Assembly (NCBI GenBank): GCA_050733275.1
Contig: JBOHSP010000161.1
Location: 1-42,466 of the forward strand
DNA: 42,466 bases
Direction: 5' to 3'
Origin: Gemmatimonadales bacterium
GTDB taxonomy: Bacteria > Gemmatimonadota > Gemmatimonadetes > Gemmatimonadales > GWC2-71-9
A program made the translations under genes and the position numbers. This document shows, piece after piece, positions 24,709 through 32,259 of the stretch; position 1 is the first letter of the stretch; every line of letters starts with the position of its first letter. The notes under the pieces are model-generated. The model did not search any database. It worked only from the letters and a program-made list of their open reading frames with translations, and was not told where the DNA came from.

Positions 24709-25784
24709 GCCGGGCCGATCGCGGGAAGGTCGAACGGCAACGCGACGAGCCGCGCCTCCCGGCCCGAGGCGCGCACCAGGGCGCCCAGCGGCACCTCGCG
24801 GCGCACCATCGCGAGCCCGATCCAGCGCCCCAGGACCGAGCCGCCCCCATCGGGCAGCCAGGCCACGCTGGTGACCCGGCCCACGTCGCGCTCATCGTGC
24901 GTGACGGCGCTCCAGCCGGTGGCGGGCGGCGCGGGCGGATCGGTGTCGAACAACAGGCCGCGTAGCTGCCGGTTGGCGTGACCGCGGAAGTGCAGCCGGC
25001 TGACGGTTTCCTGGCCGGTGTAGCAGCCCTTGGTGTAGGACACCCCGCCGATCTCGTCGTAGCGCACCTCCTGCGGCAGCGTTTTCTCGTCCACCTCGGA
25101 GGCGAGGCGCGGCCAGCCGGCCAGAATGCGCCCCAGCTCGAGTGCCGCGGGGCCGGCCGAAAGCGCGCCGGCGCGCACCAGCCGGTCCACCACGACGTCG
25201 CGATGGGCCGCCGCCGTGCTGATCTGAAAGACGAACGGCGCACCCCCGAACTCACCGTCCACCGCGCGCGCGACCTCGAGCGGCAATCCCCCCGCGGTGG
25301 CTTCGATCACGCGGTTGCCCGCGGAAGGCGTCGGCATGCCGGCCGCGCTGAGGACGGCGCCGGCGTGCGGGCCGGCGACCCGCAGCACGGCCGTATCGGC
25401 GGGATCGCTGCGGTCCACGGCGCGCGCGAGCCGCGGCGGGACCGCGCGCTGGAGGATTTGCATGGCCCGCTCGCGGCCCTCCAGCGGCACCGTGAACCGC
25501 ACGCGTGTGCCGAACCGGGCGGCCCAGCCGTCCACGACGATCATGCCCTTGGGCGTGAGCAGCGCGCCGTACACGAACGCGCCGTCCCCCGGTTTCTCGA
25601 TGTCGTTCGTGAGCAGCCCCTGGAAGCAGGTGACGGCGCCGTCCCCCGGCCCCGTGAGATCGATCGTGCCGACGTCCGCGGCGGCGACGAGGGCGCCCGT
25701 GTGGAGACGATCGACCAGCTCCGCGGGCACCTGTTCGGGGTCGAGCCGCGTCACGGTGGGCGGGGGCGCGGTCGGGAGCGTCAC
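24705..25784 (-). CDS. ygfZ: Folate-binding YgfZ/CAF17 family protein (GcvT-like fold)
   Basis: 359 aa. The signature 'YTKGCYTGQETVSR'. GTG start 7 nt after the glcF stop. Confidence 0.8.
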   Translation of the reverse strand: MTLPTAPPPTVTRLDPEQVPAELVDRLHTGALVAAADVGTIDLTGPGDGAVTCFQGLLTNDIEKPGDGAFVYGALLTPKGMIVVDGWAARFGTRVRFTVPLEGRERAMQILQRAVPPRLARAVDRSDPADTAVLRVAGPHAGAVLSAAGMPTPSAGNRVIEATAGGLPLEVARAVDGEFGGAPFVFQISTAAAHRDVVVDRLVRAGALSAGPAALELGRILAGWPRLASEVDEKTLPQEVRYDEIGGVSYTKGCYTGQETVSRLHFRGHANRQLRGLLFDTDPPAPPATGWSAVTHDERDVGRVTSVAWLPDGGGSVLGRWIGLAMVRREVPLGALVRASGREARLVALPFDLPAIGPA

Positions 25785-25791
25785 CGTGTCC

Positions 25792-27090
25792 TCACTCGTA
25801 ATGCCCCGCCGCCGCGTAGGCGGCGTCGAGCAGCTCGACGGGATGGGCCACGGTGGCGGGCACGCCGGCCGCCAGCAGCCCGGCGCCGATCTGCATCAGA
25901 CAGCCCGGGTTGCCCGTCGCGACGATCTCGGGCGCCGCCTCGCGCAGGTGCCCGAGCTTCGCCCGCAGCACCGCGCGCGAAAACTGGGGCTGCAGCAGCG
26001 TGTACAGCCCGGCGCTGCCGCAGCATTCGGCGGCGCCGGCCACGTCCACCAGCTCGAGCAGCGGGATCGCGGCGAACAGCCGCGCGGGCGGCCCCGCGAC
26101 GCGCTGGGCGTGCAGCAGGTGACAGGGCGGATCGTAGGCGACGTGGAGGTCGAGGGGGGCGCCGGCCACCGGGTCGCCCCCTGCGGCGAGCAGCTCCGTG
26201 ACGTCGCGCACGCGGGCCGCGAACCGCTCCCCGCCATCGTCCAGCCGCCCGTACTCCTTCATCCAGGCGCCGCACCCGGCGCTGTTGACGACGATCGGCT
26301 CGTCGCCTTCGCCGAACGCGGCGACGTTGCGGTGCGCCAACGCGCGGGCGTGATCGAGCAGTCCGGCGTGCGCGTGCAGCGCCCCGCAGCACACCTGACC
26401 GGCGACCTCGCCCACCGCGTAGCCGTTCGTGGCGAGCGTGCGGATCGTGGCCTCGTGGACGTGAGCGAACAGGCCCTGCATGACGCAGCCGCGAAACAAG
26501 AGGGCGGCGGAGGGCGGCGCATGAGGCGGCGGCGAGATCGACGGCGGCGAACGCCGCTTGCCGCCACCTCGCCGCCACTTCGCCGCCGTATCATTCGCCG
26601 CCGCCGTTCGGGCGTCCGGGCGTCCGGCCGTCCGGGCGTCGGGCTGCGTCGCCGCCAGCATCCCCATCGCGAACCGCAGCCGTCCCCACCCGGCCAGCCG
26701 GCGCGGCAGCCCGGTGCGGCGGAGCAGCCGGGCGAGCCAGTAGACGATCTTCGAGATCCCGGGCGTCGTCAGCGTGCGGAGCGCGGCGCGGGCGAGCCAG
26801 GGGACGCGCGTGGTGTGCGCCAGCAGCGCGCGGGCGGCTTCGAGGCCGTGGCCGTATTGGACGCCCGACGGGCAGACGGGCTCGCAGCCGCGGCAGCCGA
26901 GGCAGCGGTCGAGATGCAGCTGGAGATCCGGATCGCTCGGGGCGAGCTCCCCGCGCTCCAGCGCGCGAATCAACTCGATGCGCCCCCGGGGCGAGTCGGC
27001 TTCGTCTCCCGTGACGAGAAACGTCGGGCAGGCCTGCAGGCAGAAGCCGCAATGGACGCAGGCGTCCAGTCCGGCGAAGCCGTTCCTCAT
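25792..27090 (-). CDS. glcF: Glycolate oxidase iron-sulfur subunit
   Basis: 432 aa from ATG 27090. 'CVHCGFCLQACPT' and 'CLGCRGCEPVCPSGV' 4Fe-4S motifs. Two CCG-type Cys-rich domains ('GQVCCGA', 'ECCGSAG'). Confidence 0.85.
   Translation of the reverse strand: MRNGFAGLDACVHCGFCLQACPTFLVTGDEADSPRGRIELIRALERGELAPSDPDLQLHLDRCLGCRGCEPVCPSGVQYGHGLEAARALLAHTTRVPWLARAALRTLTTPGISKIVYWLARLLRRTGLPRRLAGWGRLRFAMGMLAATQPDARTAGRPDARTAAANDTAAKWRRGGGKRRSPPSISPPPHAPPSAALLFRGCVMQGLFAHVHEATIRTLATNGYAVGEVAGQVCCGALHAHAGLLDHARALAHRNVAAFGEGDEPIVVNSAGCGAWMKEYGRLDDGGERFAARVRDVTELLAAGGDPVAGAPLDLHVAYDPPCHLLHAQRVAGPPARLFAAIPLLELVDVAGAAECCGSAGLYTLLQPQFSRAVLRAKLGHLREAAPEIVATGNPGCLMQIGAGLLAAGVPATVAHPVELLDAAYAAAGHYE
26501..26644. 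repeat. Low-complexity repeat block inside glcF: GGCGGCG/CGCCGCC inverted units plus 8-mer CGGGCGTC x4
   Basis: cgggcgtc cgggcgtc cggccgtc cgggcgtc at 26609-26640. ggcggcgaa (26545-26553) versus ttcgccgcc (26579-26587). Encodes 'QPDARTAGRPDARTAAANDTAAKWRRGGGKRRSPPSISPPPHAPPSA'. Confidence 0.6.
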
Positions 27091-28295
27091 TATTCCGCTT
27101 CGCTGGCGACGACGAGCGCTCCACCCGGATCGAACGTGCGGCGCAGCCCGGACACGAGCGGGCCCACGCCTTCCCGGTACGCGCCGAAGTGTCCCACCGC
27201 GTGGCGTAGCGGCCACGGCGCGCGCTCCAGCGTGAGCGGCGCCTCCATGCCCGCCAGCGTGCGGCGCAGGTGCTGCAGCCGGTCCACGGTCGCATCGCCC
27301 GTCCAGCGAATCACGCCGGCGGCGGGAGAGGCCGACACCCACTCGTCACCGAACTGGTGCTGCACGAGATCGAGCAGCTCGTCGCTCGCGCTGGCGGTCC
27401 CGCCGATGCGAAACGTGACCGGCCGGACGGCGAAGCCCTCGGCGAGGCGCATCCAGAAGGCATGCGCCTCTTCGGCGCGCAGCGCGGTGAAGCGGCCGCC
27501 CGTGGCCGCGCCGAGCCCCGTCTCGTCGGCCGCCACGAGTGCCGGCGATCCCGCGAGGCGCGCGCCCAGCACCCAGCGCTCGCGGCGGGCCAGGGCCGGC
27601 GAGACCAGCTCCAGCGCCGCCGGGGTCAGGCCCGCGGCGGCGATGTCCTCCGCCACCTGCGTGAGGTCGTCGCGCGAACCCTCCAGCAGGTAGGTCATGT
27701 CGGCGCGCGGCAGGGTCCGGAGACGCAGGTGCACCAGCACGATGACACCGAACGCGCCGAAGCCGCCGGCCTGCAGCCTCGTCAAATCGTAACCGGCCAC
27801 GTTCTTCACCACGCGCCCGCCGCTCTGCACCATCCGGCCGTCTCCGGTGACGAACGTGACGCCCAGCAGATGGTCCTTGATGGGCCCGAAGCCCTGCCGC
27901 AGCGGGCCGGCGGTCGCGGTGGCCACGATCGACCCGAGCGTGCGCCCCGCGAGTCCGGGGGGATCGACGGCGAGCCAGGCGCCCCGGTCGGCGAGCTGCT
28001 GGCGGAGCTGATCCAGCCCGATGCCCGCCTCGGCGGTGGCGGTGAGGTCGGGCGGCTCGATGGCGAGCACGCGGTCGAGCCGGCGCGTCGTGATGGCGAG
28101 ATCGGCCGGGGCGTCGGAGGACAGCCAGGTGCCGGCCCCCTCGATCCGTACCCGCCAGCCTTCCTGATGGGCGGTGCCGAGCAGCAGCGCGACGGCGTCC
28201 GGCGACCCCGGAGCGACGCGGGGCACGCGGTCGGTGCCGGACTCCAGTACCGCTCCGGGGCCGAGCAGCGCGGTGACCTTGTCGAGGATCGTCAC
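27090..28295 (-). CDS. glcE: Glycolate oxidase FAD-binding subunit
   Basis: 401 aa from GTG 28295 (GTGA overlap with the glcD stop). FAD_binding_4-like 'VVKNVAGYDLTRL'. Stop TAA overlaps the glcF ATG by 1 nt. Confidence 0.8.
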   Translation of the reverse strand: MTILDKVTALLGPGAVLESGTDRVPRVAPGSPDAVALLLGTAHQEGWRVRIEGAGTWLSSDAPADLAITTRRLDRVLAIEPPDLTATAEAGIGLDQLRQQLADRGAWLAVDPPGLAGRTLGSIVATATAGPLRQGFGPIKDHLLGVTFVTGDGRMVQSGGRVVKNVAGYDLTRLQAGGFGAFGVIVLVHLRLRTLPRADMTYLLEGSRDDLTQVAEDIAAAGLTPAALELVSPALARRERWVLGARLAGSPALVAADETGLGAATGGRFTALRAEEAHAFWMRLAEGFAVRPVTFRIGGTASASDELLDLVQHQFGDEWVSASPAAGVIRWTGDATVDRLQHLRRTLAGMEAPLTLERAPWPLRHAVGHFGAYREGVGPLVSGLRRTFDPGGALVVASEAE

Positions 28296-29800
28296 AGGGC
28301 GGGCTCCGCAACGATTGCGGATTGCGGATTTCGGATTGCGGATTCGACGCCTGCATTTCCAATCCGCAATCCGCAATCCGCATTCCGCAATGAAGTCCAT
28401 TCCCGACAGGCATGGACGGGCACGACCTTCCCAGGGTTGACCAGCTCGTCCGGGTCGAACACGCGCTTCACCGCCTGCATCGCGCCGAGCGACTCGGGAT
28501 CGAAGATGAGCGGCATGTAGCGCAGCTTGTCGAGGCCCACGCCGTGCTCGCCGGTGATGGTGCCGCCCGCGGCGATACAGACGGCCATGATCTCGCCGCT
28601 GGCGCGCTCCACGCGTTCGCGCAATGCCGCGTCGGTGGCGTCGAAGGAGATGTTCGGATGGAGGTTGCCGTCGCCGGCGTGGAACACGTTGCTCACGACG
28701 AGGCCGTACGTCCGGGCGATCCCGCAGATCGCCTCGAGGACGTGGGGCAGGGCGGAGCGGGGCACCACGGCATCCTGCACGAGGAGATCGCGCGACAGGC
28801 GCCCCATGGCGCCGAATGCCTTCTTGCGCCCCTGCCACAGGCGCTCGCGCTCCGCTGCGTTCGCGGCGGTGCGGACCGATCGCGCCCCCGCCCCGCGGAG
28901 CAGATCGGCGACGGCGTCGGCTTCGGCGGCCACGGCGCCATCGTCGCGCCCGTCCAGCTCGGCCAACAGGATGGCCGCCGCGTCGCGCGGGTAGCCGGCG
29001 GCGTACACCGAGTCTTCCACCGCGCAAATGCAGGACTGGTCCATCATCTCGAGCGCGGCGGGGACGATGCCCGCGGCGATCACCGCGGAGACGCCCGCGC
29101 CCGCCGCGCGCAGCGCGGGAAAGTCCGCCAGCAGCGTGCGGACGGCACGCGGCACCGGCACCAGCCGCACGGTGATGCGCGTGGCGATGCCGAAGTTGCC
29201 CTCCGACCCGACGAACAGACCGACCAAGTCGGGCCCCCACGGCTCGCCCGAGGGGCTGCCCAGCTCGACGAGGCTGCCGTCTGCGAGCAACACCTCGAGT
29301 CCCAGGATGTGATTCGCCGTGACCCCGTACTTCAGGCAGTGAGGACCGCCTGCGTTTTCGGCGACGTTGCCGCCGATCGTGCAGGCGCTCTGGCTCGAGG
29401 GGTCGGGCGCGTAGTGGAGTCCGAACGGCCGCGCGGCGGCGCTCAGCTTGGCGTTCACGACCCCGGGCTCGACGACGGCGAGCCGGTTCGCCGGATCGAC
29501 GCGAAGGATGCGGTTGAGCCGGGTCAGCACGATCAGGACCGCGCCCCCGCCCGCGAGCGCGCCGCCCGAGAGGCCCGTGCCCGCGCCCCGCGGCACGAAC
29601 GGGACACCGGCCGCGTGCAGCACGCGCACGACCTGAATCAGCTCCTCGCGAGTGCCCGGCAGGACCACGAGGTCCGGAACGCGGCGATGGGTGGTGAGGC
29701 CGTCCATGGCGTACGTCATCCGTTCGGCACGGGCGGCGCGGACGTGCCGTTCGCCGACAATCTCAACGAGGTTCCGGGCGAGGGAAGAAGGCGCGGACAT
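28292..29800 (-). CDS. glcD: Glycolate oxidase subunit GlcD (FAD-linked oxidase)
   Basis: 502 aa. 'PRGAGTGLSGGA', 'GGTITGEHGVGLDK', 'FDPDELVNPGKV'. The last ~30 codons are encoded by the palindromic element at 28313-28392. Confidence 0.9.
   Translation of the reverse strand: MSAPSSLARNLVEIVGERHVRAARAERMTYAMDGLTTHRRVPDLVVLPGTREELIQVVRVLHAAGVPFVPRGAGTGLSGGALAGGGAVLIVLTRLNRILRVDPANRLAVVEPGVVNAKLSAAARPFGLHYAPDPSSQSACTIGGNVAENAGGPHCLKYGVTANHILGLEVLLADGSLVELGSPSGEPWGPDLVGLFVGSEGNFGIATRITVRLVPVPRAVRTLLADFPALRAAGAGVSAVIAAGIVPAALEMMDQSCICAVEDSVYAAGYPRDAAAILLAELDGRDDGAVAAEADAVADLLRGAGARSVRTAANAAERERLWQGRKKAFGAMGRLSRDLLVQDAVVPRSALPHVLEAICGIARTYGLVVSNVFHAGDGNLHPNISFDATDAALRERVERASGEIMAVCIAAGGTITGEHGVGLDKLRYMPLIFDPESLGAMQAVKRVFDPDELVNPGKVVPVHACREWTSLRNADCGLRIGNAGVESAIRNPQSAIVAEPAL
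28313..28392. repeat. AT-rich heptamer-armed palindromic element lying inside the 3' end of glcD
   Basis: Left arm GATTGCG GATTGCG GATTTCG GATTGCG GATTCGA (28313-28347). Apex contains cgacgcctgca (28345-28355). Right arm ...ccaatcc gcaatcc gcaatcc gcattcc gcaatg (28358-28392). Confidence 0.85.
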
Positions 29801-29809
29801 ACTATAAAC

Positions 29810-29912
29810 TAGACGCCCAGACGCACCGCGGTAAACAGGAAGCGGGGTCTGGGACCAGCTTGTCCCATACCCCGCTCCGACTGTGCGTCCGCTGTTGCGT
29901 CTGCTGCGTCTC
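29810..29912. repeat. Palindromic element with (C)AGACGC-type repeat arms around a strong central hairpin
   Basis: Left arm tagacgcc cagacgca (29810-29825). Right arm tgtgcgtcc gctgttgcgtc tgctgcgtc (29882-29910). Central hairpin at 29841-29876. Confidence 0.6.
29841..29876 (-). terminator. Putative intrinsic terminator of the sigma-factor gene
   Basis: Stem agcggggt/accccgct (8 bp) plus tgggac/gtccca (6 bp), 6-nt loop. On the - strand it is followed by tcctgtttacc (weak U-tract). Confidence 0.45.
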
Positions 29913-29924
29913 GTCGTGCCTGTC

Positions 29925-30875
29925 CTAGGCTGCTCTCCAGAAGCCTTTTAAGGCCCTTCCATCCGGCGATTCCCTGAGCTTCTCGAACGCCCGCTCCCGA
30001 ATCTGCCGAATCCGCTCCCGCGTCACTCCCATGAGGGCGCCGATCTTCTCCAGCGTCATCGCCTCGCTGCCCTCTTCGAGGCCGTAATAGAGATAGAGAA
30101 TCTTGCGCTCGCGGGGGGTGAGATATTTCTGGAAGATGCGATCGATGAATTCGCGCATCAGCCGGCCGTCGGTGCGCTCCTCGATCTCGCCGCCTTCCTG
30201 ACCGGCGAACCGCTCGCCCAGCGTGGCCGCGTCCTTGTCGGTGCGGTCCACCGGCGCGTCGAGCGACAGCTCGGCGGCCGTCATGCGGCGCGCCGTGCGC
30301 ACGTTCTCGACGGTGTCCTCGAGGGCCTGCGCGATCTCGTTGTCCGTCGGCTCGCGCCCCAGCTCCTGCGAGAGGTACGTCTCGGTGCGGCTCATCCGGA
30401 TGAGCTGCGAATTCTGATTGAGCGGGATGCGCACGCTGCGCGTCTGCTCCGCCAGCGCCTTGAGGACGGCCTGGCGCACCCACCACACGGCGTACGAAAT
30501 GAACTTCACGCCCTGGTCGGGATCGAACTTCTTGACGGCCTTCAGCAGCCCTTCGTTGCCGATGGCGACCAGCTCGGAGAGATCGAGGCCGTGTCCCTGA
30601 TATTTTTTGACGTAGGAGATGACGAAACGGAGGTTGGCAGTGACGAGCCGTTCGGCGGCCTTTTCATCGCCCCGCTGGACCCGGCGGGCCAGGCGCCGCT
30701 CTTCCGCAGGATCCTTGATCAGCGGGAGTTTTTGGATGTCCTGCAGGTACTGATCGAACGCTCCGGAAGGGGTGGTGCGAAAAAAAGCCTTCGCCTTGCC
30801 GCCGTTCGACCTGGCCATGCGCGGATCCCCTGTCAGATCTGCCGTGTTGTATTCGGAAACGGCCGACGCCGCCAT
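29925..30875 (-). CDS. RNA polymerase sigma-70 family factor, RpoD-like, lacking region 1.1
   Basis: 316 aa. Region 2 'LVAIGNEGLLKAVKKFDPDQGVKFISYAVWWVRQAV', region 3 and region 4 'MTLEKIGALMGVTRERIRQIRERAFEKLR'. SD GAAGG 5 nt upstream. Alternative ATG at 30818. Confidence 0.85.
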   Translation of the reverse strand: MAASAVSEYNTADLTGDPRMARSNGGKAKAFFRTTPSGAFDQYLQDIQKLPLIKDPAEERRLARRVQRGDEKAAERLVTANLRFVISYVKKYQGHGLDLSELVAIGNEGLLKAVKKFDPDQGVKFISYAVWWVRQAVLKALAEQTRSVRIPLNQNSQLIRMSRTETYLSQELGREPTDNEIAQALEDTVENVRTARRMTAAELSLDAPVDRTDKDAATLGERFAGQEGGEIEERTDGRLMREFIDRIFQKYLTPRERKILYLYYGLEEGSEAMTLEKIGALMGVTRERIRQIRERAFEKLRESPDGRALKGFWRAA

Positions 30876-30897
30876 TTAGGCCTTCTAAATCTGCGTC

Positions 30898-30926
30898 AAT
30901 ATAGAATTTCCTGCCAATACGTGCAA
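30898..30926 (-). promoter_or_regulatory. Sigma-70-type promoter of the sigma-factor gene
   Basis: On the - strand: TTGCAC (30926-30921), 17-nt spacer, TATATT (30903-30898). About 22 nt upstream of ATG 30875. Confidence 0.55.
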
Positions 30927-30936
30927 ATCCCCGCAG

Positions 30937-31055
30937 TTTTCCACATCACAAATTCGTGGGTTAATACCAGTTCCGGCGTTTGTCCACTATCCACAACTCT
31001 TGTGGAAAATGTGCCCCATCGGAAGGATGATGCGGGCGTGTGGAAACGTGGATAG
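30937..31055. promoter_or_regulatory. Cluster of TGTGGAAA(A/C) repeats and dyads upstream of the sigma-factor promoter
   Basis: ttttccaca (30937-30945, inverted), tgtggaaaa (31001-31009), tgtggaaac (31039-31047). Dyad ccacaa-ctc-ttgtgg (30991-31005). ctatccac (30987-30994) versus gtggatag (31048-31055). Confidence 0.35.
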
Positions 31056-31080
31056 GAATGTGCGCAGGGGGGAGACCGTT

Positions 31081-32259
31081 TTACGCGTTGACCCCCACCC
31101 TGAACAGTTCCCGAAGCCGTACGGCATCGACCGGAATCGTCCATCCGCCGGCGCCATCGGTCCACGCCTCGCCGATGCTCGTCGGCAACGCGAGTCGAAT
31201 CGTACCCGCGCGCACCTTCTTGTCACTACGCATCGCCTCCACCAACGCCCCGGGAAGGTCGGGAAGGTCGGGGAGGTCGGGGGGGTGGAGGGGGTCGGGG
31301 GGGGTGGGGGCAGTGGGGGGGGCCACCGGCAGGCGCAGCCGCTTCAGCACCCCCGTGATCCGGTCCGCGGTGCCGCGCGCCGCGATGCCGAGCCGTTCGG
31401 CGAGTCGCGCCTCGAGCGCCATGCCGATCGCGACCGCTTCGCCGTGCAGGATCGCGTACTTCGCGGTGGCTTCGAGCGCGTGCGCCACCGTGTGCCCGAA
31501 ATTGAGGATCGCCCGGCGTCCCCGTTCCCGCTCATCGGCCGCCACCACCGCCGCCTTGATCTCGACGGAGCGGCGCACCACGCGCTCCAACGCCTCCGGC
31601 CCGCCGGCGAGAATCGCCGCGTGCTCGCGCTCGAGGAAATCGAAGTATGCCGCGTCGGCGATCGCCCCATGTTTGACCGCCTCCGCGAGCCCGGCGGAGA
31701 GCTGCACAGCCGGAAGCGTCGCGAGCAGCGCGAGATCGATGATGACGAGGCGGGGCTGGTGAAAGGCGCCGAGGAGATTTTTGCCGGCGGGGACGTCCAC
31801 GCCGGTCTTGCCTCCGATCGACGCATCGATCATCGCGAGCAGGGAGGTCGGGACCTGCACCCAGGGGATGCCGCGCAGGTAGGTCGCGGCGACGAACCCC
31901 GCCATGTCGCCCACGACCCCGCCGCCCAGCGCCACGACAGCGGCATCGCGCCCGAAGCGCGCCGCCAGCATCCGATCGCCGAGGCGCCCCCACGTCTCGC
32001 GCGTCTTGCTCGCCTCGCCCGCCGGAAAGACGAACAACTCGGCGGTGGCGCCGGTGGCCCGGACGGCCTGCTCCACGCGCGCGCCGTACAGCTCCGCGAC
32101 CCGTGAATCGCTGATGATCGCGTAACCCGCAGCCGGGCAGTGCCGGGCGAGGAGCGTGGGGAGCCGGTCGAGCAGGCCGCCGGCGATCAGGATGTCGTAG
32201 GACGCGTCGTCGCCGCCGGTCCCGGAAGCGGGGGGGGGGAGCGCGACCCGGATTGTCAC
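31081..32259 (-). CDS. aroB: 3-dehydroquinate synthase
   Basis: 392 aa from GTG 32259 (GTGA overlap with the upstream stop). 'GGGVVGDMAGFVAATYLRGIPWVQVPTSLLAMIDASIGGKTGV', 'LNFGHTVAHALE', 'HGEAVAIGM'. Confidence 0.9.
   Translation of the reverse strand: MTIRVALPPPASGTGGDDASYDILIAGGLLDRLPTLLARHCPAAGYAIISDSRVAELYGARVEQAVRATGATAELFVFPAGEASKTRETWGRLGDRMLAARFGRDAAVVALGGGVVGDMAGFVAATYLRGIPWVQVPTSLLAMIDASIGGKTGVDVPAGKNLLGAFHQPRLVIIDLALLATLPAVQLSAGLAEAVKHGAIADAAYFDFLEREHAAILAGGPEALERVVRRSVEIKAAVVAADERERGRRAILNFGHTVAHALEATAKYAILHGEAVAIGMALEARLAERLGIAARGTADRITGVLKRLRLPVAPPTAPTPPDPLHPPDLPDLPDLPGALVEAMRSDKKVRAGTIRLALPTSIGEAWTDGAGGWTIPVDAVRLRELFRVGVNA
31252..31322. repeat. Degenerate 9-mer tandem array (GGGNNGGTN x8) inside aroB; G-rich on the + (template) strand
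   Basis: gggaaggtc gggaaggtc ggggaggtc gggggggtg gagggggtc ggggggggt gggggcagt gggggggg. Encodes 'PPTAPTPPDPLHPPDLPDLPDLP'. Confidence 0.85.

Noticed and set aside
28313-28392. Possibility that the short repeat arrays (here, 1403-1503 and 17099-17174) are CRISPR arrays
   Set aside because: The units are only 7 nt, directly abutting with no spacers, and arranged as inverted arms of a hairpin. No cas genes are present in the window.
31000-32106. 368-aa + strand ORF starting in the AT-rich region upstream of the sigma gene
   Set aside because: It is mostly antisense to aroB with no motifs. The AT-rich start region is better explained as promoter and operator DNA for the - strand sigma gene.
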